The translations under genes and the position numbers were made by a program. Shown piece after piece: positions 42,261-60,211 of a stretch of DNA of 64,000 nucleotides (positions within the stretch are counted from its first letter, which is position 1; the number at the start of each line of letters is the position of its first letter). Location: the NCBI GenBank assembly GCA_964016885.1, contig OZ024740.1:132122001-132186000 (forward strand), read 5' to 3'. This stretch comes from Eledone cirrhosa (lineage: Eukaryota). The notes under the pieces were generated by a model that searched no databases, was not told the DNA's origin, and saw only the letters and a list, made by a program, of their open reading frames with translations.

Positions 42261-44993
42261 TTGGTTAGCCTCAAGCAGCGCACAAGGGATGGTGAGGTAG
42301 TATGTCTGCCCACGGATAAGTCGGGTAGGATGTCAATAGATAGCATGCCGAACTACATCAAGGCTATGCAACCCCACATCACCAACACGAGCGAAATTGC
42401 ACAGCAAACACATGATGGGAGAGAGAAAATCCTCAACGCTCACATGATGATGTGGACTGACATCTTAAAGCCAATCAGACGCACTGCCAACAACTTCCAG
42501 GCGTCTAACAATGGCATACCACCCTTGTATGGTATCCGCAAAGACCACAAGACAGTCGACGACCCGACAACAGGACCACCAACAAGACCCGTATGCGGAG
42601 CTAATATAGCTAGCAACTACAGGATCTCCTACTTCCTCTCAATGGTTATACGCCAAATAATCAAGATGTCCCCAGATGTATGTGACAGTACAGAGGACCT
42701 CCTCAGCAGATTCAGTGAGTGCAACAACAACATAAACAGGAACCTATCCAACTGCATAATAGGCAGCATGGATGTGGTATCACTGTACCCATCCATTAAC
42801 ATTGATTTTGCTGTGGAAATATGTGTGGAGATGATCATTGAGAGTGAGGTTGAGTTCTGCGACGTCGACACAGACGAACTGGGCCTCCTACTTAGACTTA
42901 CCTACGACACTGACTACCTAGACAGCCATGACCTTAGACGTTTCTGCCCTAGTAGACCCATAAGAGGTAGAACCCCCACCATAACTTCCATGGCAAAAAA
43001 GACTCTAATGGGAAGGTGTATTGGGTGGACCAAAGCTATACGGACCCACCAAAACAATGATGAGGTAAGAAAAAGGGTCGCACATACAATAGGGGCTAGT
43101 ATCAAAACTACCCTAAAGGGCCACATATTCAAGTTCAACGAGAAGATCTACACCCAAAATGAGGTTAGCAGCCATTGACGTCAGCATAGCTGGTGATGTT
43201 GCCAACCTTTTTATGGTAAGGTGGGAAAGGAAACTTAAAGATCTCCTTAATGAGAGCTCCATAGACCTCATCATGTACTCTCGTTACGTAGACGATATCA
43301 ATATAGTTATAAGAACATCCCCACTAGAGAACACTAACATGTTTGATTTAGAACGTAGCACAATAGAAAGCATCCAGCAGATATCTAATTCCATACACCA
43401 GAGTATAACTGTAACTATCGACAAGTCTTCCAAACACCCTAACAATAGACTACCTGTATTAGACACGGAACTCTGGATTAACACTATAGACGAGAGAGCC
43501 CAAATTCTCCACTCACACTATGCTAAATCCATGGCCTCCAAATACCTGATACTCAAAAACTCAGCAATGTCCAGTAGTGCTAAGTTTAATATTCTGATCG
43601 CAGATTTGGTACGAGTGATGAAGAATGTGTCCCGCATGTGCGACCCAACAGAAATGGAAAGACACATCCAACACTTGATCAACCGCATGCAGTTCTCTGG
43701 CTACAACCAAAGAGACAGAGTCAGAGTATACGAAGGAGCCATGGAGAAGTATAAGACCCTCATAGAACTGGACATGAAAGGAATTTAACCATTATACAGG
43801 AGCAAATCCTGGAATAGCTTAGATAGGGCTAGACATAAGATAGGGAAAGCCACCTCATGGTACGACAATCAGAGATACCAGAGTGTCATGTTTGTGGATA
43901 CTACCCCTGGAGGGAAATTAGCTAACCAGTGTAGAAAGGCCCTGAGAAAGACCCACTTAAAGATTAAGGTGGTAGAAAAGCCAGGAAAATCCCTGATCAG
44001 CAAAATCTCTGATCAGCAAAACCTACCCTTTTAAGAAAACCCACTGTACTAATAGAAAGGGTATCATATGTAAGGTAAACCCCCGGATAAACTGTAAAAC
44101 TAGAAACGTAGTCTATAGCATACGATGTACAGAGGGTACTTGCATAAACATGACAACAACATACATAGGCGAAACAGCTCGTAGCATAGGTGAAAGGATA
44201 GACCAACACTGGGGAGAACTAAAAGGACGAAACAACGGATCAGTACTATACGAACATGCCAGACAACAACACAACGGTAACATAGACAACATAGAAATTA
44301 GAATAATATCTAAACATAGAAATGACCCAGCAGATAGGCAAATCAGAGAGGCCAGTGAAATAGAACTTAGAAGGCCAAGACAAAACAGAAAGAATGAATG
44401 GAATAACTACAACACCTAAACAAACAACACTGACCTAAGAGAAGTATAAATAAATAAATAAATAGATAAATAAATAAATAAATAAATAAATATATACATA
44501 CACAAGCACAATAACAACAAACACATATACACACACTCTAGTAAACATAGAACACATTAACCAATACACAGTCACCCTAACACGAACACACATCAAACAA
44601 AACACTATACACACACGCAAACGCATGCGCAAAGAAGACAAAATAAAATAAACAAACAAACAAATAAATAAATAAATATATAAACAGACTAAATAAAGAT
44701 GGCGTAGAAATACAATGCAACGGGAGGAATCTATAGCATCATTGACGATGTTGCAGATGTGCAACGAAAGAACTTTGATAAACTATATATATGTGTTTGT
44801 GTCTATAGTGTATCTGTATTATTTTTGACCGTTGGTCAGTTAATGGCAACATTGAAGACCGCATAAATTTGATTATCGATATAAAAGACACAGAAGCGAA
44901 AAGCGAACACCAACCAAACAGTGAGTGTGTTCTGTTATCAATTCTGGCAATATTACACAAATATGACCCTCCCCAAGTATAACAATATATATA
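42261..44993 (+). mobile_element. PLE family D (non-Naiad), frameshifted RT-GIY-YIG with 3' UTR
   Basis: PTDKSG, LYGIRKDHK, TRPVC, SMDVVSLYPSI, RYVDDI, LPVLDTELW, YIGETARSIGERIDQH. Confidence 0.93.
44738..44779 (+). ncRNA. Type I hammerhead, PLE family D (C3U)
   Basis: atca-TTGACGA-t-gttgca-gatg-tgcaac-GAAA-gaac-TT-tgat. Confidence 0.72.
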
Positions 44994-45192
44994 TATAAAT
45001 GCAAATAGAGAAATTAATGCGAGCAAGAAGCCAACAGAAATGCATACATATAAGTGACTATTACGTCAAGATGGAAAATATTTAACGTAAGATATGGGAA
45101 AATAATTCAATCTCAATTAAAAAAAAGTCAAGACATAAATTTTATCCACATATTTTGTGTAATCCATATATATATATAATCCATATATATAA

Positions 45193-45933
<741 letters not shown>

Positions 45934-48231
45934 ACATATATTCATCCACGTATGTATAAATTACAGACTAATATGTTGTAACATAGTTAGATTTACTGCT
46001 ATCAAGTGTAGTTTATTCTCTCACTCAAATTATATTATCGCTTGTTTCTTTCAGACTCACTTAACGTATCGCATGTGTGTGTATGTGTTTGAGCTTTGTT
46101 TTTGTTAGACCTCAAGAGTTGCAGATTTTCAATCAGCTGAGAACCCGACTCGTGAATGTAAAATTCCACAGAGACATGCATCGATAAAATATTTAAAAGG
46201 ATGTTAAAATATGATGCATTGCATATCTAATTTTTCTGAAGGCTTCTCCTTTAAATGTAAGACTAAATGTAATTTTTATCTGTTGATGAAACCGGCGTAA
46301 TGTGAAATAAAGTTTGAGGCACAATGAAAATACGCACCAACAAAAATTCAAAGTAAAAATTTACTATAACTGTATGAACAAGAGTATTAATCACATCGCC
46401 TAAACACATATTGTATACATGAAACTCAGTTAGCAATGTTCGTATTATATATGTCATATGCATAATCATGTATGCATGTGTGTATGTGGGAGCTTTTGGG
46501 CCCTTGTTTATGGGTATATGTGTTTGTGTCCGTGTGTGTTTTGTGTATGTGTTTGTGCCTGTGCGTATCAGTGCGTGTCCGTCTGTGTCTATGTAATTTA
46601 TTCCCGTCGTAAAATGGGATGATCTTTGAAAATGCCAACTTGATCATTAGATAAATCTGTACAATAAATATGCCAAATCGATACTATGTTCGCCATGATT
46701 TATTAAAGCACTTGAAAACGAATGCCATGCATACAGACAGTCCAATGCCTAAATTACATATAATATCATAATTATAAGTATAAGAATGCTAGTTATTTAT
46801 GTGCCTCTATGTGTTACTATTGGTATATGCGTCGCTACTTAATTTGCGCAAACGAGTTTATATGTGATTCTACGTATGGTTATATCGAACAAATATTTCT
46901 GATGTGCTAGAATTGTCTATTTACTACCCATTAATACGAAAATGTATCCTTGCTTTCAACAGAAATATGAAAAAGATCACTGGGGGACGAACCGATAATT
47001 GCATTATATCTAATTCCACGACTCGAAAAAGAAGTGTTTTTTTTATTTTAAGCAAACAAAATAGAAAGAAACAATATTGAAAAAATGAAACAGATATTAA
47101 GGTAGAGTGTAAGAAAAGGAATTAATAAACCATCTAAAAGATAACGATGTGATAATGCGAATGTTAGGACGAAAATTGAATGTACTAATTTATTTTTTCA
47201 AATGAAAAGTGAAAGTGCAACAACGCAACAGTAGATTGCGCGCCGCGAACAAATATTGCAAGTGGGTGTGAATAATGTAGGAAGACACACATGCAAGACA
47301 GACGTATATACATATATGCAAGTGTAAATATAAATACACACACACACACACATATATATATTTATATACAAACATGTGCAGCGATGTAAGTAGAGAGAAA
47401 ATTATTTGTATATAAAAAGGAGAGAGTAAGTAGAAAGATAAATTAGGAAGAAATTATAATAAGAAAGAAAACGTGTAGGAATATATGAGAAGTGAAAAAT
47501 GATACATCGAAGATGAACATATAATCAGAAACATATAGACAGAAACCTATAGATAGAAACGACTGTGGGGGGACATGGAAAGCCTGATAAATTGATGTAA
47601 ACAGCTGAAGTAAAATTAAGAAACCTTGAGAGGCCTTCCAATTACGATACAGATAATCAATATCTGTGTTTATATATTTGTATTTTTAATGTTTGCTCTA
47701 TTGTTTCTTCTACCAATAATTCCACACAAATTGTTAAGAGGCACTAATCAAGAATATGAAGAGTATTAACAGACATAAACATACACAAACCAATCGATTT
47801 TCAGCAGTTAATTAAAATCCATGCCAGCATTCTTTTTACTGCTGCTATTGTTGCTGTTGCTATAGCCATAATGTTGATCACACTTAAACCTGTCTTATTC
47901 TATATTGATGGTGTTTCAAGGGTAGAACAGTTACAGATGCTGTTCTTCTGTTAATGAGGTTGCTCTTTAAGAAGGCCTTAGTGGCTGTTGTCGTGATGGT
48001 GACGTTTTTCGTTGTATTTTAAGTATTTTAATTCATTTATTTCATTAATCAGGAAGTTTCTAACCAAAACCATATATACATTAAGATTGACCATTTCGCG
48101 TCAATTATGAAAGACGGCTAAGTATATATCTTAAGCTGACACAATTCTACCGCTACCGCCATCTATAAGTGTATAGTTATATATATATATATATATATAT
48201 ATAAATATATATGTGTGTGTGTGTGTGTGTT

Positions 48232-48291
<60 letters not shown>

Positions 48292-48517
48292 AATTACAGA
48301 ATAATCAAAACTATGTTCAAAACATTTTATTGCTGACAATTGTTTCTTCCAGACTTTCGTTTGTAATCATCGGAACACTAGCAAACTTTAGAGATATATT
48401 TACATTAAGCTATTTTTCTTACTGGTAATAAGGTGGTAAAGAATTACTGACCTTTCCTTTTTATAATTATATATAGTGTATGTATAAGTAAGTATAAATA
48501 ATATTATTATTATTATT

Positions 48518-48580
<63 letters not shown>

Positions 48581-48862
48581 CTAATAAAATGTTATAGTAT
48601 CATGAGAGAGAATATAGAGAGAAGTAGAGAAGAAACATTATAGGGCAGACGATACAGATAATTAATTGCCAGCAGCAAGTACTTTAGCGCTCGATGCTTA
48701 TACAGACGGGGTTAAATATTAGAAGCAATAATATTTAGAGTGCAAAGATAAGCAGAACAATTATAATCTAAGAAAAAGAAGAAAGAGAAGCAGTCCATTA
48801 AAATATACTTATATAGAGTATATTTTAACTGTCTACTACTATTTCTTCATTTTCTTCGATTA

Positions 48863-48947
<85 letters not shown>

Positions 48948-48952
48948 TATAT

Positions 48953-49812
48953 AGTGAGAAATGAAATTTCGTTTCATTTCTTTTCGTTTATCGTTTTCGG
49001 TGCACCCGGCCGATTAGCTCACTCGATATGCAATTTAGGCTGCTCAGCCGTTAATATGCATAAGGAAAGTATATACCCTCAGACGTTCAATTATCTGGCA
49101 GGAAGGTATTACGTTGCTGACGATAGCTAATAAGCTTGAAACTAGTACAGCGTTCATTTGCCAGTGTTGAACAAATGAGCAACGATGGTTGCTAGACAAT
49201 GTACGGCTTAATTCGGGATGTTTGTTTACCCACACACCGAGCATTATAATAAATGTTCGGTGAATCCACACGTACATATATATATATATATATATATGTG
49301 CATGTATGTATATATATATACATACTACTGTACGACTGTATACATATATGTATGTACGTATATATACTTGTATTTAAGTAACAGCCGTACTAAGAGTGAA
49401 GAATGAAATTTCGTTTCATTTTTTTCCGTTTATCGTTTTTGGTGTGCCCGGCCGATTAACTCACTCGATATGCAAATTAGGCTGCTCAGCCGTTAATATG
49501 CATAAGTAACGTATATGCTTTCAGACGTTCAATCATCTGGCAGGAAGGTATACGTTACTGAGGATAGCTAATAAGCTTGGAACTAGTACAGCGTTCCTTT
49601 GTCAGTGTTGAACAAATGAGCACCGATGGTTGCTAGACACTGCACGGCTTAATTCGGGATGTATGTTTACAAACACACAGAGCACTATAGTAAATGTTCG
49701 GTGAATCCATACGTACATATATATATATATATGTGTGCATGTATGTCTATATATATACATACTATTGTACGTCTGTATAAATATATGTATGTACTTATAC
49801 ATACTTATATTT
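48953..49812 (+). mobile_element. Family R1 tandem dimer (period ~441)
   Basis: Two head-to-tail units. HHRs at 49111-49153 (intact, CTGACGA) and 49552-49594 (GAAA changed to GGAA). Confidence 0.85.
49111..49153 (+). ncRNA. Minimal type I hammerhead, family R1
   Basis: acgttg-CTGACGA-tagct-aata-agctt-GAAA-ctag-TA-cagcgt. Confidence 0.9.
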
Positions 49813-49908
49813 ATATATATATATATATATATATATACATACATACACGCACACAAACACACACACACACCTATATATATAGGTGTGCGTGTGTGTATGC
49901 ATACCATT

Positions 49909-50100
49909 AGCGCTGGATTGGCAGTATCGGTAGAGGGTCGGACGCCATGCTTTCCAGCACAGTTACGTCCCTTTACGATCTGGTTTCAAATCCCGCCGAG
50001 GTTGACTTTGCCTTTCTTCCTTACGGGGTCGATAAAATAAAGTACCAGTAATACACTGAGTTTTTGCTGGCCTTGTGCCTAAAAGTAGAAACAATTATTA
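49909..50100 (+). mobile_element. tRNA-derived SINE
   Basis: Head ggattggcagtatcggtagagggtcggac, B-box-like tttcaaatccc, and the conserved core. Confidence 0.85.
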
Positions 50101-51590
50101 GGTACGATCTTTTTTCCTTGTTCAAAACCAGCAGGTCAGGCCTATTGTGTTCTTATTTCTTGTCCGTCTGTATCCTCTACAATCCCATAGCACATTCCCC
50201 TGTCGTTTTCTATCACCGACTCTGGCTTATGCTCATAACACTTCTCAGAATGTGGTAAATTGCTTACTTTGCATAGATGCCAGTGTATCACGCTGCCCGT
50301 CACATCATGTCTCCAGCCGTTATAGTGTGTCTGGGCTACGTGTTTACACTCGGATACAATGTGAGCCACAGTCTCCTCTCTCTCTCCACAGATCCTACAC
50401 AGTGAACAAGCCTCCTCCATGTCAATATGGTGTTTCACCCACTTCGTTCTGAGGGCTTGCTCTTGCGCAGCCATTAGCATTCGTTCTGTAGCTTTTTAAA
50501 GGTCTTCTCTTGTTAACCAGTTCCATGTCTGTGGATGTCTATATTCCGTTTTGTTAAATAATGTGCTATGAAGGAATTTTTCATGAAGGTTGATCTTCCT
50601 CCTTGTTGTTATTTCCTCCCTGGACATCCCCTGGTCTATTGTCTTAACTGTCAGTACAATTTGCGTATTGGCTCCCTAATATCAGTGCATGTTGTTTTTC
50701 TCCATCTGAACACAAGTATCCATGCTGGTAAGACCTCTTCCACCTTCAGATGTCTTTAAGTAGAGTCTATCGACATCACTCCTCTTGTGGAACATGTTGT
50801 AGATAGTCATTAGCTTCCTAGTCTTCCTATCCATTTCGTTTTGTTCAGCAACATTCCAGTTCAGAATTCACTCACTGTACATAATAATAGACACAGCTCG
50901 GGAATTTACTGCACATATGACATTCCTACTATTTAGATGTGATTTTAATACGTTCCTTACTTTCGTTATGTATTCAGATCTTTTTTGTTCTTGATGTCAT
51001 CTGCCTCCAGAACACCTAAATATTTGTATCTCTCTTCAGTGTCAATTTTCTTAATCATTTCACCTGTTGGTACCTGAACTCCGTTGCTTCTGCTCAATTT
51101 ACCCCTCTTCATCACTAGGACTCCACACTAATTAATACCAAATGCCATACATATATCATTGCTGAAAATACGGACAGGTTCAACAAGTACATCCAACTCC
51201 TTCTCACTCTTCCCAAAGAGTGTAAGATTGTCCATGAAGAGGAGGTGGTTGATGGTAAGCACTCCTTTTCCCAACTTGTATCCTGCTCTCACTTTTCGCA
51301 ATATAACAGTCAGGCGTATCAGGGAAAGGACAAACGGTAAAGGGGACAAACTATCTCCCTGGAAGATACCTCTCTTGATCTTCACGCCTCCCAAGGATTA
51401 TGCACCTGATGTTAACTCTGTTTCCCAGGACTTCATACTTTTGCTCAATAACTGTCTGATGTTATCTGCCACCTTAAAGATCTCTAGGCTTTTGGTGATC
51501 CAAGAATGAGGCACCATGTCGAATGCTTTTTTGTAGTCTATCCATCCCATGGCAAGACCAGTGTGCCTCCTCTTGCAATTCCTCATTGCC
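50101..51590 (-). mobile_element. R4/Dong-type (RLE) non-LTR retrotransposon fragment
   Basis: WIDYKKAFDMVPHSWI, RGIFQGDSLSPL, NHLLFMDNL, AAQEQALRT, CCHC finger CRICGEREETVAHIVSEC followed by RHD. Confidence 0.88.
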
Positions 51591-51596
51591 ATTATT

Positions 51597-51693
51597 ATTT
51601 TGCCTTTCATCCTTACGAGGTCGATAAAATAAAGTACCAGTAATGTACTAGTGATTGCTTGCCTGGTGCCAAATGTAGAAACAATTATTATTA
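51597..51693 (+). mobile_element. SINE 3' fragment
   Basis: tttgcctttcatccttacgaggtcgataaaataaagtaccagt. Confidence 0.8.
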
Positions 51694-53295
51694 TATTCAC
51701 GTGAGGTATTTGCATTGCTACGTATCTTCTTCCCTGTATTTTAATATATCTAACACGTTTTAGCTCATCAAATGTCTTTCCGTGTAATCTTCACAACTCA
51801 TGTGACTACTTATATTTGTGACCATATACTTTTATTTTTTGTTTTCTGTTTATTAATACTATGTTATTTCCGACATTGGTTACTGATCTAGTTTTTATGG
51901 CACTGGACATTTTTAAATGCAATTTAGTTTGAAATATGTTTCTTTATCTTCGCTCCTTATTTGTTTTTATTTAATTATGCGTCATCCTCCAAACCACCCT
52001 CATATTTGTATCCGTTATCTGTTTCAATCTTTTAAAATTTCTCTTTATTTGGTAAATATTTACGCCCATTTTCCGTTATTTATACTTCTTCAGAAATATT
52101 CTACATATGGAATTAGAAATTCTATTATTATGACATTAATAAATATACTCACTAAGCTGATAGGCGTCTCCTGTTCCTAATAATTATTTTGTCATATAGC
52201 TTCAACCCTTCTATGAATAGCTAATGTTTGATTTCTTCCGGCCTCTTCATCCATGTTAGATGAAGAAAACCCTTGGAAAAATAAGACGTACCGAATGAAG
52301 GAAGTTCACTAATCAATTAACAATTTATATAAAGAGCTGCTGAAGTCTACTACCCTCGAAATGTGTCCAATACTGTCAAGTATCAAGCCCACTGTTTAAT
52401 ATATTCTATATTTTATTAATATTTATTTAAATTGTGCATATTTCCCCCTCCTCTTTCTTGACTAATTTTATTCATTTAGATACAGTGGGTTATGCTCATA
52501 ATTGCGACTGTGATTTTAAATCGTATTTCTTCGCACCATCAAATGTCTTAAAATCTATTGTTCTATGAACTTCAGTCGTTCATAGCATACTGGCCGAAAT
52601 TGATAATTATATTCATAATTTTCCATTTTACAACTATCATTTTGCACACTGCATAAACAAATATTATTCTATAGATATAGCTTTCGAGAATTATGTATTT
52701 CAATTTCATATTAGCGTCGCCGATACCGACGTCATGAGCACCATCACCACTTTAATTAACTTCGTATTTGCTATGATTCTCTAATATACAAAAATATTGC
52801 CGCAATCGTCATCCATTTGCATTAATTATGTAATTCATATTTTATTATTTGTGAATCGTTTATGAATTTGAATTTTGCTTTTCATATTGAAACTAACTAA
52901 AGTGTTTGATAATGTTAGCATTATGCTGACGTAGATGTTTGCGGAAGGAAAACATATTGGGGCTTTAATATCATAAGTTTATTTTATAATTTTAGATTCC
53001 GTTGTCCAAAAAGTCGTGTTTATTTTCTATCCATCCATAATTTAAAATTTAAGACAGTTAAATATGTACGTTTCACGTATTCCTTAATATTCATACATAA
53101 AATAATATAGCAGGTTAACATTCATAAGTTATCCACCTTCTCTATTGCAAATAGTAGTGTTCAAATGTACAATTGCAGTTTATATGATACCAGTGAATAG
53201 ATAATAACGAATTTATTGTAAAACATATATTTGACCTAAATTTACAAACATGTGATAAACGCATAAATAAATGAATGTAATATAAAAAGTAATAC

Positions 53296-53591
53296 CTTGC
53301 TGTTTACACGTTTATAAAGCATGTTTAAATATGTGATGAAATGCATTATGAAAACAAATGTTGCAAACTGGAAACATTGGAGTACAATTGTTAAGATTGT
53401 AGATATTTATTCCAACCGGGAGTTGACAAAGAATAAACGATGACATTTTACGTGACCTCGCTTCAATACGATTATTACAGATTTACATGTCGTTTTACAG
53501 AATAAAGCTTATGAATGTTTATACCTAGTCTATTTGTTAGGGATGTCTCTCGTCGGAAATCAATTTTAATCACCCTTTGAAACGGTGTGGA
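53296..53591 (-). pseudogene. Decayed cadherin-like exon
   Basis: tttttag acceptor and AAG/GT donor. IEARSRKMSSFILCQLPVGINIYNLNNCTPMFP resembles A.D..LS..V.I.V.D.NDN.P.F. Confidence 0.4.
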
Positions 53592-54186
53592 CTAAAAAAT
53601 AACATAAGTTATATATTTTCATCTTTAACACTCTCTTTACTCCTCTAGAGTTACGCACGTGTAAACCTGAACACACACGTACATGTGTGTGTTTATCGGT
53701 TCGATAAGCGCGATAGAGTTTGAATTAGTTTAATGGCTCAATACAGGTATTTGGTTTAAGCGGTTGGAGAACTATTAGTTGAGAGTGTGCTTTCCTTCAC
53801 CGTGTTTATATATTGGGTTATATTCGTTGGTTGATGGGTCGAAGGGGATTTATGGTGATTAAATGTGTAAAATGTGGTTAGAATGCCAATTACTTAATGG
53901 GAAGTTTGTAGATGTAGGGAAATAAAGAAATGCATACTACGACGGCTGCATGTGTTCCAATTGTAATTGGTCTCGTATATGGTTCTGAAGTCTGGAGTTG
54001 ATTATGTGAATTTGATTTGACTTTACGTGAGTTCTTAGAAAGTTTGTTGTGGATAATTTTACGTTGAGGATAGGGAAATTAACGGTCTTGATTATATATA
54101 TATACGAACAGAGTCTAATGAGCAAACGATATAGTACAATGAAATTAACATATAATTAGTCTTAAGCTTGATATAGCGGGAAAAGG

Positions 54187-54223
54187 CCCTTAACATTTCG
54201 GGCGCAAGCTTTTCATCAGAAAA
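54187..54223 (-). ncRNA. Degenerate minimal hammerhead
   Basis: tttt-CTGATGA-aaagc-ttgc-gccc-GAAA-tgt-TA-aggg. A related relic lies at ~60645-60680 (+). Confidence 0.55.
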
Positions 54224-54887
54224 TAGAGTGAAAAATTAAAGAAGTAATAAAAGATTGAGGAGCCTGGGCAGTGGCGAAAACGTAAAGAAAATCTAGAAAA
54301 GAAAAAAACAGGTCTATTCACGTCATCACCGCTATGAAAAAATGTTGGTGCTGGCGTTTTTTTGTAAGATTGTTTTTTGCTTTAAAAGGCGGTAATCGAA
54401 CGCGTCTAACTGAAAACGAAAAAAAATCATTTTGTATATAGAGATGAAAGTGTGAGCTTGCGTGTACGAAACTACGATGATATATATGTGTATATGTAAA
54501 TGTATGAGTGTGGGTGTGTGTCTGTGCTTGCGTTTGTAAGTAGGAAGTCTGTGTTTGCGTTTATGGATATATGTGAGTATTTGTATTTGTTGATCCGCAC
54601 AAGGCTGCTTACGAAAGTGTAGACTAGTGTGTTTGTGTTTGTTCTGTATAAGCTGTAAGAGTGTTTGATTCTGACCGAAATAGACATGAAAATCTAGGGG
54701 GTTGAAATTACGCGCTCCTGTGTGACAGCAGAAGAGGTGGGGGCTAAGGGTAGTGATAGAAGCACGCACGAACTTACGTGTGCAAAATTAAAGAAATTGG
54801 GAGGGATGCATATGTGTGTGTGCGCATTGTTATCGTTATTATTATTATTACACTATTGTTATCATTGTTATCATTAATTTTACTGTC

Positions 54888-55245
54888 ATTCTGAGTTCAA
54901 ATCCCGCCGAGGTTAACTTTGCCTTTCATCCTTACGGGGTCGATAAAATAAAGTAGCATTAATGCACTGGGAATTTGCTGGCCTTGTGCCTAAAGTAGAA
55001 ACAATTAATTTTACTGACATTAGGGCGGTGAATTGACATTTTCGGTAGAGCGTCAGACACCATGCTTTGCAGCATAGAGTTATGGCCATTTACGTTCTGA
55101 GTTCAAATCCCGCCGAGGTTAGCTTTGCCATTCATCATTACGGGATCGATAAAAATAAAGTACCACTCACGCACTTGGGTCGATCTAATCGACGCTCCTC
55201 TCCCCCAAAATTGTTGCCCTTGTGCCTATATAAGAAACCAATATT
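54888..55245 (+). mobile_element. Two adjacent SINE copies (54888-55008 partial; 55023-55245 near full length)
   Basis: B-box gagttcaaatcc and the conserved core in both copies. Confidence 0.88.
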
Positions 55246-55523
55246 TTTCCTGACATTACGGATCGATGCATTTATTTATTTATTTGGTATTATGGAAGTT
55301 GTCGCTAGGGCTGTTTGTTGTTGATGCTGAAGTCGCTATTGTCGTTGATTTGTGATGTGTTTGTTGCAGCCTGATTGAGGATTGTAACCTGGTACATATG
55401 GTACACAATATGTGATTACACAATACCATGCTGAGATATCACTGTCCCATTTCCTGATTTGAAAACTTTTGACTCACAACGCCTCGGTAACCCATCCGGT
55501 CTTCACACACCCATCCTCACACA

Positions 55524-55581
<58 letters not shown>

Positions 55582-55585
55582 CATA

Positions 55586-55687
<102 letters not shown>

Positions 55688-56012
55688 ACACTGCAATATA
55701 TTTAGAACCCTGTAAATGTATACACAGTCATCATCACATAGCTATGTACACATATATATATACCCACATACGTAAGCAAGCCTATGCACTCAAACACTTA
55801 TATACGCACATATCCACGCAGAGAAATAAGGCTAATATTTCAACGTTATCCAAAAATTCCTCTGCCAAACATGTCTAATATGTCGATATACAATAAAAAC
55901 TAAACATCATCGTCTTCCTTACTATATATAGATGTATTTACGGGCTTAAATAACACCCCACACACACATATACATATAAATAAATACGTACACATACACA
56001 CGCACACACATA

Positions 56013-56052
<40 letters not shown>

Positions 56053-56053
<1 letters not shown>

Positions 56054-56530
56054 GGAAAAAATTGAAATTTCATTTCTCACTCTTAGCACGGCTGATACTT
56101 AAATATAAGTATGTATACGTACATACATATATGTATACAGACGTACATTAGAATGTATATACATACATGCACACACATATATATATATGTGCGTATAGGT
56201 TTACCGAACATTTATTATAATGCTCGGTTTGTTTGTAAGCAAACAACCCGAATTATTAGCCGTACGCTGTTCCGCAACCATCGTTGCCCTTTTGTTAAAC
56301 ACTGACAAAGGAAGAGATGAACTAGTTTCTAGCTGATTAGCTGTCAACAGCACCATATACCTTCCTGTCAGTCTATTTAACGTTTGAAAGTATATACTTT
56401 CCTTATGCATATTAACGGCTGAGCAGCCTAATTTGCATATCGAGTGAGTTAGTCGGCCGGTTATACCGAAAATGATAAATGGAAAAAATGAAATTTGATT
56501 TCTCACTCTTAGTAACGATGATACTTAAAT
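56053..56530 (-). mobile_element. Family R1, ~1.1 units; HHR 56314-56356 with A6U
   Basis: Terminal repeat ggaaaaaa..gaaattt..tctcactcttag..gatacttaaat (period ~427). Confidence 0.82.
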
Positions 56531-56589
56531 AAAATTATCTAGATGTATGTATACGTAAATATATATTCGTACATACATATAAAGGAAAT

Positions 56590-57116
56590 GATGTTTGCCG
56601 AACACTGTACGGCTAATAATTCGGGCTGTTTGTTTACAAACATACGAAGCATCATTATAAATGTTCGGTAAACCCATATGAACATATATATATATATATA
56701 TGTGCTTGTATGTATGTATATACATACTACTGTACGTCTGTATACATATATGTATGTACGTATACATACTTATATTTAAGTATCAGCCGTACTAAGAGTG
56801 AGAAATTAAATTTCGTTTTATCCATTTATCGTTTTATGTACACCCGGCCGACTAATTCACTTGATATGCAAATTAGGCTGCTCAGCCGTTAATATGCATA
56901 AGGAAAGTATATACTTTCAAACGTTCAATCGACTGACAGGAAGGTATACGGTGATTATGACATCTAATAAGCTAGAAACTAGTTCATCATTTCTGTGTCG
57001 GTGAGGAACAAAAGGGCAACGATGGTTGCCGAAAACTGTACGGCTAATAATTCGGGCTGTTTGTTTACAAACAAACCGAACATTATAGTAAATCTTCGGT
57101 AAACCAATACGTACAT
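56590..57116 (+). mobile_element. Family R1, ~1.2 units; HHR 56948-56990 decayed
   Basis: Terminal repeat ttgccgaa..ctgtacggctaataattcgggctg (period ~431). Confidence 0.82.
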
Positions 57117-57139
57117 ATATATATATATATATATATATT

Positions 57140-59610
<2,471 letters not shown>

Positions 59611-59670
59611 TATGTATACATAGAGAAATGTACATATATATATATATATAGTAATAATAATTAAAAAAAT

Positions 59671-59701
<31 letters not shown>

Positions 59702-59788
59702 GGAAAGTTATATTTAAATTGTTGGGTTAACAACGAGTAAATATTTATAACTGATATAAAAGCACTCAACAAGTATTTGGAGTATATT

Positions 59789-60163
59789 TATGATATTAAA
59801 TAAATGGAAACTATATTTATAAAACCATATTTATTTCGTTACATATATTTCAGGGATATCATATTAACAATATGTTATGCCATCTTCAGACAAAATACAA
59901 TATAAACAGTCTTATAAATAAATAGATACGACATACCTTTCAATCACCTTGCATTTGTGAGGTTGATTTGGCAGTAATCTTTACTGCCAAATCAACCTCA
60001 CAAATGCAAGGTGATTGAAAGGTATGTCGTATCTATTTATTTATAAGACTGTTTATATTGTATTTTGTCTGAAGATGGCATAACATATTGTTAATATGAT
60101 ATCCCTGAAATATATATAACGAAATAAATATGGTTTTATAAATATAGTTTCCATTTATTTAAT

Positions 60164-60169
<6 letters not shown>
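59789..60169. repeat. Near-perfect 381-bp palindrome carrying one hammerhead per arm
   Basis: 189-bp arms, 3-nt loop centred at 59979, one mismatch seen. Confidence 0.95.
60061..60126 (+). ncRNA. Type I hammerhead (mirror copy 59832-59897, -)
   Basis: tattttgt-CTGAAGA-tggcataacatatt-gtt-aatatgatatccct-GAAA-tatata-TA-acgaaata. Confidence 0.82.

Positions 60170-60211
<42 letters not shown>

Noticed and set aside
53700-54130. Possible further GIY-YIG remnant
   Set aside because: Only vague KEST..LN similarity; no recognisable core motif.
55023-55125. tRNA gene
   Set aside because: The A/B-box-like motifs belong to the SINE head; no cloverleaf.
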